Source: Octopus sinensis (taxonomy: Eukaryota). From it: a DNA stretch of 64,000 nucleotides. The DNA is taken from assembly GCF_006345805.1 (NCBI RefSeq), contig NC_042998.1, positions 79,236,001-79,300,000 on the forward strand, in the 5' to 3' direction. A program made the translations under genes and the position numbers. Position 1 is the first letter of the stretch, and the number at the start of each line of letters is the position of its first letter. The notes beneath the pieces are model-generated. The model was not told where the DNA came from, ran no database searches, and saw only the letters and a program-made list of their open reading frames with translations. Shown one piece after another: positions 12,791 through 26,040 of the stretch.

Positions 12791-13739
12791 CAGCAGCAGC
12801 GGTGACGGCGGCATAGGTATAGTGGTGGTGGTGGTGGTCGTCGTCGTCGTCGTCGTTGTTGTCGTGGTGTTGGTGATGACGGTGGTGATGGTAGTTGTGA
12901 TGATGGTGGTGTTAATGGCGGTGATGGTGCTGCTGCTACTGCTACTGGTGATAGTGGGGGGGGGGAATCGTCGTTGTTGTTATTGTTGTTGTTGTTGGTG
13001 ACGGTGTTGATGGTGGTTACCTCGTTAGTGTTCGTCCTGGCCGTGCAGTTGCAGTGTTGATTACAGCTATGATGATATAATTCAGTTGCTTCTGATGCTT
13101 CTGTTGTTGTTGCTGCTGCTGCTGCTGCTGCTGTTGCTATCGCTACTACTGTCGCTGCTGCTGCTGCTGACGGTGGTGTGATCATCGAGGTTGACAGAGC
13201 TTCTACCATCAACACACTCATATAAACAGCGATGATGATAATAATTATAGCGATGATACTGACGCTTAAGCTCTTTTTGTCGTTGCTTGTCTTGTACTTG
13301 GTTTTGTTGAAATTTTAATATGCAATGTGCGAGCGTTATGTGAAAATTTATTCATAATTTTCGAGTTTATCTTCATCGTCACTATCACTATCATCATTAT
13401 TACCACCACCACCACCACCACCACCATCATCATCATCGTCATTTTCATCATCATCAACAACATCATCACCGTCGTCGTCGTCGTCGTCGTCATGATCATC
13501 ATCATTCATTCATCATCTTTATCATATTCACGATCAATGCCACCACTATCAGCATCGTCAGCATCATCGTCTGTATTTTCCCTACATCATTGTCATCATC
13601 GTCGTCGTCGTCGTCGTCATCATCATCACCACCACCACCACCATCATCATCATATTCATCATCATCTTCGTTATGGCTATCATGACGAAACTGATAACAA
13701 CGGCACGACGTCGACGACGAAGACAACAACAACGACGAC

Positions 13740-13771
<32 letters not shown>

Positions 13772-14000
13772 CGACAACGATGATGATGCTTGTCGTCGCC
13801 GTCGTCGTGTTCGTCCTCGCCATTCAAGCTGTTTTCATTATTACCATTACCCTATGACTTTCCCATCACCTCTGTCATCACCACCCTACTCTCATGTTTT
13901 ATTGAAGATGGAGGATCATGTTCGCGGCCATTATTGTCAATATTGTTATTAATGTTTCAGTGCCTTCTTCAACAACCTTCTTTTCAGGCATATAAACATG

Positions 14001-14072
<72 letters not shown>

Positions 14073-14325
14073 TGTGTTTGTGTGTGTTTGTGTGTGTGTG
14101 TGAATATATTTGACGACGATGACGGTGGTGGTTGTGGTGGTTGTGGTGGTAGTGATGTTAGCGGTGGTGATGATGATGATAATGATGGAGTTAGTGATGA
14201 TGATGTGATGATGATGAAGAGGTGGAGAAGGAGGAGAAGTGGGAGAAGGTAAGGAAGAGGAGGAGGAGATGTAGAAGGAGGATGAAGAAGAATAGAAGGA
14301 GAAGGAAGAAGAAGATAGGTCATTT
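12475..14325. repeat. Mosaic trinucleotide low-complexity tract (TAG, GTC, TGG, CAT, CAC, GAT, GAA) with a (TG)n block
   Basis: Direct read. Confidence 0.9.
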
Positions 14326-15149
14326 ACCTACCATTTGTCTTGAGGCATTCATGGCTTGACCAATCTATAGAATCCTTTAAATCTTTTTGTCACGGCTCAG
14401 CAGTTCAAATGAGTATGAACTCAGTTTTCAGGTTAGTGACTTTTAGTAGGGAACAGGGTTTGGAGGATGTTAAAAGTAAGCGACAGCCATTTCGAAATTT
14501 CATCCCACCCTCTTCGGAGGGTAGCTACATCTATCTCCAAAGTCAGTCGCTTTGTAAATAATTATTAATGATTATAATGTTACGAAACTTCAAATGCAGT
14601 TGACAATTACCCAACGACCTTCTTTGCAATTCTTTTGACTTGTTACATTGCCTTCAGTTACTGAATGTCTCCTGAGGGCAATCACATCCACTTTGGGCAC
14701 CGCTGATTGTGAATAAATAAATGTATAATGAGTTACGTAGCCACAGACAATGTCGAATCCGTCAGCTTTATACAATTCCTTGTCTACTTTCAACCGGCTC
14801 ACTTTTGAATTTAGGAATAGTAGATAAGTCAAAATCTGACAAATGATCAACAGTAAACATGTTCACTAATCAATGCACGCTCTCTCTCTCTCACTCTCTC
14901 TCTCTCACTCTCTCTCTCTCCCTCTCTCTCTTTCTCTCTCTTTCTCCCTTTCTCTCTCTCCCTTCTCTCCCTTTCTCTCTCTCCCTGCTCTCCCCACTTA
15001 CTCTCTCTCCACACACATACACACACACACATACACTGGTTGTTGTAACTACGTCGAAAGAACAAGATATACCTTGAAAGTATTGTCAGAATTGTCGTGT
15101 TACCAAAGACTAGATCCTGAGTTGCTGAGTTAGAAGTAATCACACATTC

Positions 15150-18100
15150 GAAATTCTTCCCAGATTGGTAAGATCAATGTGATTGATGTTTGGTTTGAAC
15201 GTTTGTATATCGGTGTATGTAAGAAAGCATGCACAATGATGGATCGTTGGGGATAACAGTTTTTCGCGAGAAAAGTTGTGGAAAGTGATAAAGAGATTAG
15301 TGGGGGCAGTGAAAATTATATACAGTAAGCTGGATGAAAGACAGAATCTTTTCTGAGATGCGACCAGTCTTTATAGGTGTATCAGAATTCATTTCCCATA
15401 CGCATGAACACTTCAATAGTTAAGCCCTGAATGTCTCAGATGGATTCAGTTTTGACGATGTTACAAATGTCAAGTTGTGATGGTATATCGTAAGACACTG
15501 TCAAACGTTGCATTCTGAAATGATCTGAAGATGTTAATTGAGAGCTGTTTATGACCTGGGTGAGTGATATACGAGGCCGCTTTCTTTCATGTGTACTATT
15601 GCGTATTTCTACACTTGAAAGGGAATAAATACTCGAGGTGTCCCACATTGACGGACTTTTTGGAGGAAATGTCAACGAAGACAATAAAAGTATGGTGTAA
15701 GTAAGGTGTCTAGGTTGCATATTGATGATGCATGAGTGCAGAAGGTTAGGGAGAAGTAAGAAACACTATCACCAGCATATGAGCGGGTATTGTTTGAAAT
15801 GACATCGGTTAGTCATAAATCTGCATAAGTGTACAAAAAATACCTAACGAACTGTTCAACGCACTCGATGAGAGTCAGAAATAGCCCCGACGGCTTAAAC
15901 TGCAAGGAAGCAGTGTAAAAAAATATTTTCAGCTGAAGAAACGAGAGACGTATGAATTGGGAAAGGTAGCAACTTTACTAGGAAGTTTTCATATGAAATG
16001 CGCTTTAAGGTTTTTCCTGAAGTTCAATGACATTGCTTCGAATAAAAGTTAAGGTGACATTAGCCAGCAAATCTCGGGCGTTTATTGATGAGAGAGAAGC
16101 TCAACTTGATGAAAGAGAATCCCTTAACGATTATCTCTAACACTTTTTAAATATTTTAAGTGAATAATAGGTGGAAAACTGGCAAAGAAGATAGAGATTA
16201 CACTTTTAGATGACTGATTATATCGTGTTACATTGTGAAAGATTTCTGGAAGAACAGATTGAAAGATTTTTCAACGATAAGTATAGAGCACATTGTTATG
16301 GGAATAACTGAAAAGCCATTGTCTTAGCCGATTGACCTGCTAAATAGGAGCGACAGTTACCAAATTTACTGACAGCGTGTACATGGCAGAAAGTTTGAGA
16401 ATGCGAAAATAACAGTGTTCAAGGAATTTTATTTATTATGTCTCAGAGAGGGATGGAAACAAAGTATCTAATATGCAGTCATTCTGACCGCTGCTAAGGA
16501 AGCTAATCAATTCAAAAATAAAACCTTACCCAAAACATAAGAACTGATATTTCCCAGCAAACATATATTATGAATATATGAATACATGCTCCTTTTTTAA
16601 CATATACATAAAATAGTCTCATCGAATCTAAGCATTTCTACAGCTTTTACAAGAAGGACCTGGTGATATTTTAGACATAAGTGCAACAGAAAAAGGATTC
16701 TTTTGAACTTTTCTTATAGCTGCCTCGTAAACACCGCTGTATGGCTGAATGCCTTCTAATTAGTAAAGACAGACGACTTTGGATTTGATGCAGTTGAGCT
16801 ACTGGAGGGAACAGAGATTTGGGGTCTTTATTGTGTGAGATGTGAAAAGATATATTCAGAAGGATGGTTTCAATGGGCCGTCTTGGATTATCAAAAGGAT
16901 GAAGATTGAGGTGGGGAGTTGTATGGTAAGCAGTCTGTGGAGTGCCACAGTTTTTTTTTAAATGATTAGACGGTTTGAGGGACAGAGAGACGGTTAAGGA
17001 CGGGTAAACACTGAGTTTGGTGGTGAATAAGAAATCAAAGTCCAGAATACGAGTAGATGATATTAACTGGTTCAGGCAGTTCAAGATAACAATGAATTCG
17101 GCTTCTATTTCAACACCATCGGTGTAGGAACAAGGAGCTGTGAAGATTGGTGTAACCCAGCAATATTCTTAGATTGATAGTTGGAGAACGTTATTTAGTG
17201 TAATCGGGTTGAATTAAAGTTCGTTCAGACGATATTCTGTCTGATTGGTAAATAATCTTAGCAGGAAAAAAAGGGAGAAGGTTAAAATGAAGCTACAACA
17301 TCATTATGTGAGGAGGGGCATGAAGAACTGATTATGAAGAGAGGTGGAGTGTAGAGTAGTCTAAATATTACAAGCTTTTATATTCGAAGTAAGAATGAGA
17401 GGAAAAACTGTCTACGTTACACAACGCATCATGGAAATAATTTAAAATATACAAAAGTTATTAGATATGAAAAATAAAGATGAAATATACAAATATATTC
17501 TACTCGTATTTTAAGGCTGATTCAATTCAAGAGTTATTACTTTTCAAAAAAGCCATACGTTGACTGACCGGTAATTAATTTTGCTGGAGAAATAAAGAGA
17601 CAATGAGTTGAATTCAAAACACGGCAGGATTGGGTGGACGGGAAAGGAGATGGGGGACTGCAGAAAACGGCAAGAGTGTGGGTGCAGTGGTGAATAGAAA
17701 AGAAGCACTGAAAACCTCGGTATTCGTGATACATTAATTCTCGCCAGACCGTCATATTTAACAGTTACTGGCTTCGTAGAGTAAAACTAGGTATTCTTTT
17801 TCTGCTGCAACATAATGAATTCATTGCAGCTGAAATGTTTCAACTGTTTCGAGCAATCACATCTAGTTTGCAAATACTGTAAAAATGAATAAAGTCATCA
17901 TTTTCATGGGAATAAAACGATATGAGGTATAGCCAAAGGACAAAGGCTTAGAGGGTAAAATATGGCAGGTGGAATCTGTTTTGATTGTAATGTGTGGTTG
18001 TTGAACAGTTTCAGATCAACCTTGACTGAGAAGACATACAACTTTTCAATCATGACTATACTGTCGTTTTCGAAACAACACGCCTTATCGGGGATTTATG

Positions 18101-18150
18101 GTTACCCTAAATAGCCTGGATAAAGGTGAACATGAAAAATCAAGTCTTTA
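15150..18150 (-). pseudogene. Heavily decayed APE-RT LINE (CR1/L2/Jockey group)
   Basis: Remnant motifs in the expected order on the minus strand: AVFCSPPSP (~17650), SYENFLVKL (~15980), SYAGDSVL (degenerate YADD, ~15770). Many stops and frameshifts; boundaries approximate. Confidence 0.5.
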
Positions 18151-18629
18151 GGGCTGATCCAGTGATTTATTAAGTATTACGAAGACATTTCATATGTTTG
18201 AAATTGAGAGTTTATTTGTGTGTACGTGTGGATGTAGAATCTAGGAGTTTAGAGCAATGAATTAAATACAAAAAGAAATGTGTAAGACTGTTACTATTAA
18301 TAAACTTTTTACATATTGATATTTTTATTTTACATTACATTTTGTAAATGATAGCGTCGTTTTATTACAGGCTTCAAATGGGCCAATTATTGATTCCCCA
18401 CATTTACGACGGGGAAAACGACGCGGGAGAGTCTGCACAACAGACCGAAGAATTCGTGTAAGCTTTGTTTGGAGATACCGGTTTATAATATTTTGCAAGA
18501 GACACTTGTTCAAAGTACAGCACAGTTGTATCTTAATATGGTTGAAAAATGAACTTCTTAGCACAATTATATCAGTTACAAATTTTTGATAAATCCTTCA
18601 TATTAAAGTTCCACTAATATATAGGAACT

Positions 18630-18848
18630 CAAGGGCGGTGGGCTGGCTGAATCGTTAGCAGGCCGGGCAAAATGCTTAATGGTATTTCAGCCATCTTTAC
18701 GTCCTGAGTCCAAATTCTGTTGAGGTCGACTTTGCCTTTCATCCTTTCGGGATCGATAAAATAAGTACCAGTTGAATATTGTGCTTGATGTAATTGATTT
18801 ATCTCCTCCCTCAAAATTGCTGGCCTTGTGCCAAAATTTGAAACCAGT
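18630..18848 (+). mobile_element. tRNA-derived SINE (family B, 'gaggtcgactttgcctttcatcctttcggg')
   Basis: Matches more than ten other copies in the window. Confidence 0.8.
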
Positions 18849-19604
18849 ATATGAGAACTCAGTGAGTACCAACAAATACAATTTTGACGTTTACTATGCA
18901 CATGCATAACTGTGAAGTTAATTAAATTCGACTTGAAATCTTACAATTCTGCGTTCGATTCTAATGAGTGGCATTTTAAGTAACTCGCTTCTATCATAAC
19001 CCCAGAGCAACCCAAGATCTATGAATGACATTGTGTTGGTCGGAAGCCGTAAAAAAAGACTCGTCAGATGAATAGTACCACGTCCTCAGTTGGATACAAC
19101 TTGTCACTTGGTTTAAAATCACCACTTTTTCGTTAAGTTCCTTAAATAACATTCATTCTGTTACAGTTATTCTGGAGAAATTTTGCTCTGTCCACCTCTC
19201 TTGGAGGCATTGCAAAAGCTGTGCGCTGTTCTCCTCCTCTGAATGATCCATCTAAATCCGAATGGCTTTTGTCCAAATAGAAGCTAGCTTGATGTTAGAT
19301 CTGATAACTACTTTGATAGTAGACACGGTAAAACTCTAAATGTTGCTACAAGTTCAGTACAGCAGGCAACTATACCCCGTAGTAAAGCATAGACAGAACA
19401 GTGATACGGCTAAATATTAAAAACAAATATACCCTTAACACTAATACAACAAACAAAAGAAATAAAAGAAAGGACAGCTAAAAGACAGTTAAAGAAAATA
19501 TGTACAGAAAAATCTCTCTCCTCAACAATGATCCCACAGAAAATATTTAGAAGGCATTAAAGAAGATATACGTCTTTTTTATATAGTATAAGCGTAATTG
19601 TAAA

Positions 19605-19935
19605 GGCGCATGGCTCAGTTGTTAGAGCGTCGAGCTTACGATCGTGAGGTTGTGAGCTCGAATCCCGGACCGGGCTGCGTGTTGTGTTCTTGAGCAAGAC
19701 ACTTTATTTCACGTTGCTCCAGTTCACTCAGCTGTAGAAATGAGTTGCGACGTCACGAGTGCCAAGCTGTATCGGCCTTTGCCTTTCCCTTGGATAACAC
19801 TGGTGGCGTGGAGAGGGGAGGCCGGTATGCATGGGCGACTGCTGGTCTTCCATAAACAACCATGCCCAGACTTGTGACTAGGAGGGTAACTTTCTAGGTG
19901 CAATCCCATGGTCAGTGTCGTGACCGAAGGGGGTC
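19605..19935 (+). mobile_element. tRNA-derived SINE with CORE-like central domain (family C)
   Basis: A box TGGCTCAGTTG, B box GAGCTCGAATCC, then 'cttgagcaagacacttt...cactcagctgtagaaatgagt'. Confidence 0.75.
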
Positions 19936-20275
19936 GCGGATCCCGGATAAGCGTAATAATAGAAATTGTTAATATATGTAACACTGCATTACTACAATAT
20001 ACACAGGAACACATCCCAAATCACAACGGTGCTAAATACTCACACGTGTATTTCTAAAAGTGACCAATTCCAAAATAATATAACGTTTTTCAGTGAAAAT
20101 CCCGACACTGAATGTAAAATAATATAACAGAAGCACAAAAGTATTTAAAACTGATAAATCTATAAAGCATATTTTTATCATTACCACAGTGATACATTAG
20201 GAAATCATAAAACTATGATGGATGATATAATATTCAAGCAAAAGTTATATAAGTTTCACTAGAAGGAATGTGTGG

Positions 20276-20315
<40 letters not shown>

Positions 20316-20994
20316 ACAGAATATCTTTTCAAATAAAATTTTATAAATTTTAATAAAATCATTATATTATACAATGATAAAGTCATTTATCGTGCCAATC
20401 AAAACTGACAAATTCTGTGATATAGTTATATTTAATTTTTAACGAAGAGAGGAATCGATAATCTCGGAAATGTCAACTCGTAAAAGTTCAAATGTCCGTT
20501 TACTATTTGGATTTATTTTCTGAATATCACCACAGAATGCTAAAATGAAAGAACCTTTAAGAACGTGGCAATTGTTTCTTCTGCACTTACTATTGGTGGA
20601 GTGGATCTCATGACAGTGTTTGGTGCTAATAAGGTTATTGACACTGTCATTTTGTATGTATGCGATTTTTTTAAATACTTGTATTCACTGAATAGGTTGC
20701 TTACTCTTCTTAGAATGATGTAATGTTAAAGGTTGTTGTCGATGTGACTGGATATTTGAGTGATTTTTACACGTATTACACTAACTTTATGAGTTAGGAT
20801 TTCCTATGGCAACAAACTCTGCGCTTTGCATGTCCATTTTAAGTATATTGGTCTCACCGTGTAACTGATCTAAGTGCAAGCTATAATGACACGAAAGGCC
20901 CTGTTTTGTATCCATGATAAGTTGTGGTTTGTTGAGGAGACACTAGAATCTGAGACAGCGGTTATACTGCAACGTGGATTTGTTACTCTTTTTT

Positions 20995-21190
20995 ACTCTC
21001 TTTTACTTGTTTCAGTCATTTGACTGCGGCCATGCTAGAGCACCGCCTTTAGTCGAGCAAATCAACCCCAGGAAGCCTAGTACTTATTAGGTCTCTTTTG
21101 CCGAACCGCTAATGTTACGGGGACGTAAACACACCAGCATCGGTTGTCAAGCGATGTTAGGGAACAAACGCAGACACACAAACACATATC

Positions 21191-21254
<64 letters not shown>

Positions 21255-21290
21255 GTGGTTAGTAAGCAAGCTACTTACCACACAGCCATT
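20995..21290 (-). mobile_element. SINE family A 3' half with microsatellite
   Basis: 'tttcagtcatttgactgcggccatgct' block. Confidence 0.7.
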
Positions 21291-21379
21291 CGTTACTGAC
21301 TTGGGAAAAAGTGACGCATTTCGTGTGTCCCTTTGGTTCCTTCACAATATCTTGTATGTATATTCGTCTATCATTACGT

Positions 21380-21525
21380 TCTGAGTTCAAATTCCGCTGA
21401 GGTCGACTTTGCCTTTCATCCTTTCGGAGTCGATAAATTAAGTACCAGTTGCGTACTGGGGTCAGTCTAATCGACTGGCTCCCTCCCCCAAAATTTCGTG
21501 CCTTGTGCCTAGAGTAGAAAAGAAT
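21380..21525 (+). mobile_element. SINE family B fragment
   Basis: Family B core present. Confidence 0.75.
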
Positions 21526-23225
21526 ATTTTCTATGTATACTGTGAATGTTGGGCATAATTCCTCACGTTTTAATCTTATATAGCACTCTGTTGTTAAGGA
21601 GAATTGTATTTATGTGTTCTTTTTTTTTTTTTTCGTGTGGCTGGTAAGAAGGAAATGTGTTGTTGTTCAGCCCCAATCAGTTCTGATACAGCAAAAGTAT
21701 GATCGGAGACTGTAGGACATGATTTGGGAGAGAATTGGTTCTTATTTATTACATATTAAGTTATCACATAGAAGCTCCTTTGGAGCAATCAGTATTGCAG
21801 TTTCAAGGAAGAGGGATGGTGAATCTACTAAAAGACACAGCAATAACAAATTTTTAGCATAACCCAAATAAGGAAGTTAAACGACATCAAGTCTTTTATT
21901 AATGACACTGTGTGCATTAATGCCTACAGGCAAGAATCAAATGATGCACTGAACATCAATCCTGCATTTATTGCTCAAAAGTAGGAAGTAGATCTTGATG
22001 TAGTCGCAGCAGGTTCTGATTAAGCAGTCCTATGTTTAAGGTATAATGTATGCAGGGGCTACATTATCCTACTCATGCATGTCTTTTACCTTTATTAAGA
22101 TAGCACAATGTCATTGAGGTAGATTTGGTTGTTATTTCTCGTGACGCTTCAGCCAGTTATATTCAGTGAAAATAACAGCAGTGTTAATATTTTTTGAGCT
22201 GTAGAAGCTCCAAACTAACCTGATGCTAACGGATAGGCAGAAAATATATCGACTTGTAAGAGAGAATGTAAAGTCTTACTGGCGCTTTATCTGTTTTCCA
22301 GCAAATAAACAAATAAGTAAAAAGTTAGTTCAGTTTCAAGAGGTCAGAAGCTAAATCGTTTTACTGACAAGGTATTCACAACGAATGAATAGGTTATGTG
22401 TAGACGGTTAAAATGAAAGATATAAAACAATTTTGAAATCATACACCGACGTACTGAAAATTTTTAAAGGATTTTTCTGCAAGACAATCATTTCATAATT
22501 CAGAAAACAATGAGGTCACTTGATTTGCTAGAAACAGTAGCCAAAATACCCCTCAGATAGAACACCCTTTGTATTAAGAAACAAAACAAAAAGGACATTC
22601 GCTTACACTGTCTGAAAAATAAGACTTGATGATCACTGACGGAATACTTTAGCTCATAGGCAAGCAGGACTAGGGCTAAACTACAATCTCTTATCAAAAG
22701 AAAACGAAAGAGCTTAGAAAGCTAAGAATTGTTAGATTATTCAACACGTCAGATTAATCAATATTGACTTCAGTACAACAAAATAATATCTAGCTTAATC
22801 ATGAATAAGATACTATGTGAAAGAAGCATTAAATATAATTTTCAAGAGATCTCTTAGACGTGATAGAAATATCTAAAGATACAGTGTAGGATAATTCCAC
22901 TGAAGTTCAAATGATTGCTGCTGTTGTTTACTCCTCTGTCTTATTAGTGACTCTGGAGTACATCATTCAATTTGTCCTTCCTTTTTTCTTTTGTTTTTCC
23001 TTTGTATTTGAGAGAGACTTGACGCTACTACTGCGAGCGCGTGAGGCAATTGTGCGGAGGTTCCCGGGTACAAAATGTGAGTAATTAAATATTTGAAAAT
23101 AATTACACACATACATGGGGTACCAGCAAATCTGCATGTAGCTATGTGTGCACGAGAACTTATATGTCTACGTCTATGTACAGAAACGTGTCTTATGATT
23201 TAGATATTTCTGCAATGATATTTCT

Positions 23226-23640
23226 GGCGCAGGAGTGGCTGTGTGGTAAGTAGCTTGCTAACCAACCACATGGTTCCGGGTTCAGTCCCACTGCGTGGGA
23301 TCTTGGGCAAGTGTCTTCTGCTATAGCCCCGGGCCGACCAATGCCTTGTGAGTGAATTTGGTAGACGGAAACTGAAAGAAGCCTGTCGTATGTATGTATA
23401 TATATATATGTGTGTGTATGTGTGTGTGTTTGTGTTTGTCCCCCCCCCCAACATCGCTTGACAACCGATGCTGGTGTGTTTATGTCCCCGTAACTTAGCG
23501 GTTCGGCAAAAGAGACCGATAGAATAAGCACTGGGCTTTTAAAGAATAAGTCCCGGGGTCGAATTGCTCGACTAAAGGCGGTGCTCCAGCATGGCCGCAG
23601 TCAAATGACTGAAACAAGTAAAAGGGTAAAAGAGTAAAGA
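23226..23640 (+). mobile_element. Full-length SINE family A with internal (TA)/(TG) microsatellite
   Basis: tRNA-like head, 'cttgggcaagtgtcttct' core, internal microsatellite at ~23388-23435, tail 'ggcggtgctccagcatggccgcagtcaaatgactgaaac'. Confidence 0.85.
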
Positions 23641-23855
23641 ATGTGCCAATAACAAGGAAAAGACTTGCAATAACAGTAAAAAAGACACATAAAGCCCCAA
23701 TCCCCGTCACTAGCACACAGTCGCGTACACACATTCCTATGTACCAGACTGTAGCAACAGCACCGCAATATACACAGTAACACGACTATATATGTGTGAG
23801 AGTGTAAGAGTGTGTGTGTGTATGTATGTGTGTGTATTTGTGCGCTCGTATGTAT

Positions 23856-24215
23856 AGTTAGTTAGTTAGTTAGTTAGTTAATTTGGCTCAAAAGCAAATA
23901 GCAAGGCCATGTAGGGGGACATGGAGTTAAGTACAGGGTGGTGTTCATGTAAAGAGTTCAGGCCACTTGAGGTCCAGGGAGGCTTTGAACAAAGCGGTCG
24001 TCGGCATCTTCACCATCTCGTCTGGCAGCTTGTTCCACGGATCCGCAACCCGGACGGAGAAAGCTCCTCTCCTTCGATTGAGATGAAATCGTCGCAGGTA
24101 GAGCTTTTCGGAATGACCCCGCAGCCGACGCTCTGGAGCAGGAGTGAAGAACAGCTCTTTCGAGAGGTTACACTTTCCGCTTATGATGTTGTGGGCGAGA
24201 ATGAGATCACCACAT
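23856..24215 (-). mobile_element. CR1-clade LINE 3' end with (TAAC)n tail
   Basis: GDLILAHNIISG...LRGHSEKL...AFSVRVADPWNKLPDEMV...FKASLD; tail at 23856-23881. Confidence 0.8.
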
Positions 24216-24789
24216 GCACTCAGAGTAATGATATACAAGCATGCACACAAGCGCACGCGTATCCCCCCCCCATCCCATAGCAGCACTCTATCACCTCCAA
24301 AACACAACACACGTACACGAACAGACTTCAGAATACACATTCGTATATCTACACACCACGTTTACGTTAACACAAGCACACACATTTTCAAATGTCCATA
24401 TGGTACATATAAACAAACCAAAGAGCACATACACACGCATGCACTTTTTAACATTACATTTATACATAATACGTACAAGGTTCAAAATGTACACAATGAT
24501 ACATAAAACGCATAGGTTTAGAGTTCAAAAAATACGGATAGGCATTCGGGTGTACACGGTCACGCTAACTCGGTTCCTTGTTAACCTCGTACGTATGAAG
24601 CCTCTTTTGATCCTCTTCACTTTCGATATTTTAATGTGACATAACTCAGATATTACTGTATTTCTCAATTAATCCCATTTTTGCGGGGTTGTGAGGAGGT
24701 TGTATACGCTTCCTTCTACCAGACTTTCTGAAGAAGCGCTTAAACTCAAAACGTCATTTCTGTGTTGGTATTTCTGTCATTACATTGTT

Positions 24790-24801
24790 GTGTGTGTGTG
24801 T

Positions 24802-24846
<45 letters not shown>

Positions 24847-25111
24847 GTGTGTGTGTACGTGAGTGTGTACCTGCGTGCGCGTGTGTACGTACATACATTT
24901 GTACATATATGTTCATAGATATACAAGCATATGCATACACACACCTACGTATACACATGTATGCGTACAGACAGACAGGCAAGCAGACAGGACAGACAGG
25001 CAAGCAGACAGGACAGACAGGCAAGCAGACAGGACAGACAGGAGGACAAGCAGACAGACAGACAGACAGACAGATAGATAGATAAATAGATAGACAGATA
25101 GTTAGATAGAC

Positions 25112-25196
<85 letters not shown>

Positions 25197-25200
25197 TATC
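24790..25200. repeat. Compound (TG)/(GACA)/(GATA) microsatellite, including three 21-bp 'gacagacaggcaagcagacag' units
   Basis: Direct read. Confidence 0.85.
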
Positions 25201-25686
25201 ATAGCAGATACCGGTCATTTGACGCCAAAAGTATCTTGTCTCTGATTCTCTTGAGAAAGAACAGTAATATAATTCAAATTCAAACTCATAAAAATCTAAA
25301 ATTTTCTAAAAGCAAGCCTTGCTCTAACTTCTAAATATTCTATGCTGAATGCACAAATAACCGTTTTCATTCATTCTGCACAATCCGACCAATGATTGTG
25401 AATGAAGCTGTTTTGCAAAAATCAATGATGAATGAGAACTGTTGTGTGATTTCAATAGAAGTCGCAAGATATAAATATAACTCCGACTGAATTATTTACA
25501 TAAAAACAACCAAATATCAATTTCATTGGCAAAAGTACACTTTACTACTGTGACTGAATCTTAACAATGTTCCTCGAAAGTTACGCAACATCAAAAACTC
25601 TTTCCTTCGATCTGAACTGCCATCTTAGTCACGTAATTGAAAATATTATCTTTCTTTATGCAATTTTCTTAGTTTTACATCACTAA

Positions 25687-25743
<57 letters not shown>

Positions 25744-25759
25744 GTAATAATAATAATAA

Positions 25760-25975
25760 ACCGTTCTACTATAGGCACAAGGTCTGAAATTTTGGGTGAG
25801 TGGATCAGTTGATTACATCGACCCCAGTGCGTAACAGTTACTTATCTATCGACCCCGCAAGGACGAAAGGCAGAGTCGACCTCGGCGGAATTTGAACTCA
25901 GAATGTAGCGGCAGATGAAATACCGCTAAGTATTTCGTCTAGCATGCTAAAGATTCTGCCAAGCTCGCCGCCTTA
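25760..25975 (-). mobile_element. SINE family B within (TAA)n
   Basis: Reverse complement of the family B core. Confidence 0.8.
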
Positions 25976-25992
25976 AATAATAATAATAATAA

Positions 25993-26039
<47 letters not shown>

Positions 26040-26040
<1 letters not shown>

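Noticed and set aside
12472-13221. 249-aa ATG-initiated ORF with Ala/Pro/Asn/Tyr runs
   Set aside because: Built entirely from stop-free trinucleotide repeats; no domain and no splice evidence.
19605-19680. tRNA gene
   Set aside because: A and B boxes are present, but there is no complete cloverleaf and it runs into a SINE body. The same applies to the other SINE heads.
24728-24756. Hammerhead-like CTGAAGA...AAAACGTC
   Set aside because: The essential G12 is missing and stem I does not pair; at best a dead relic.
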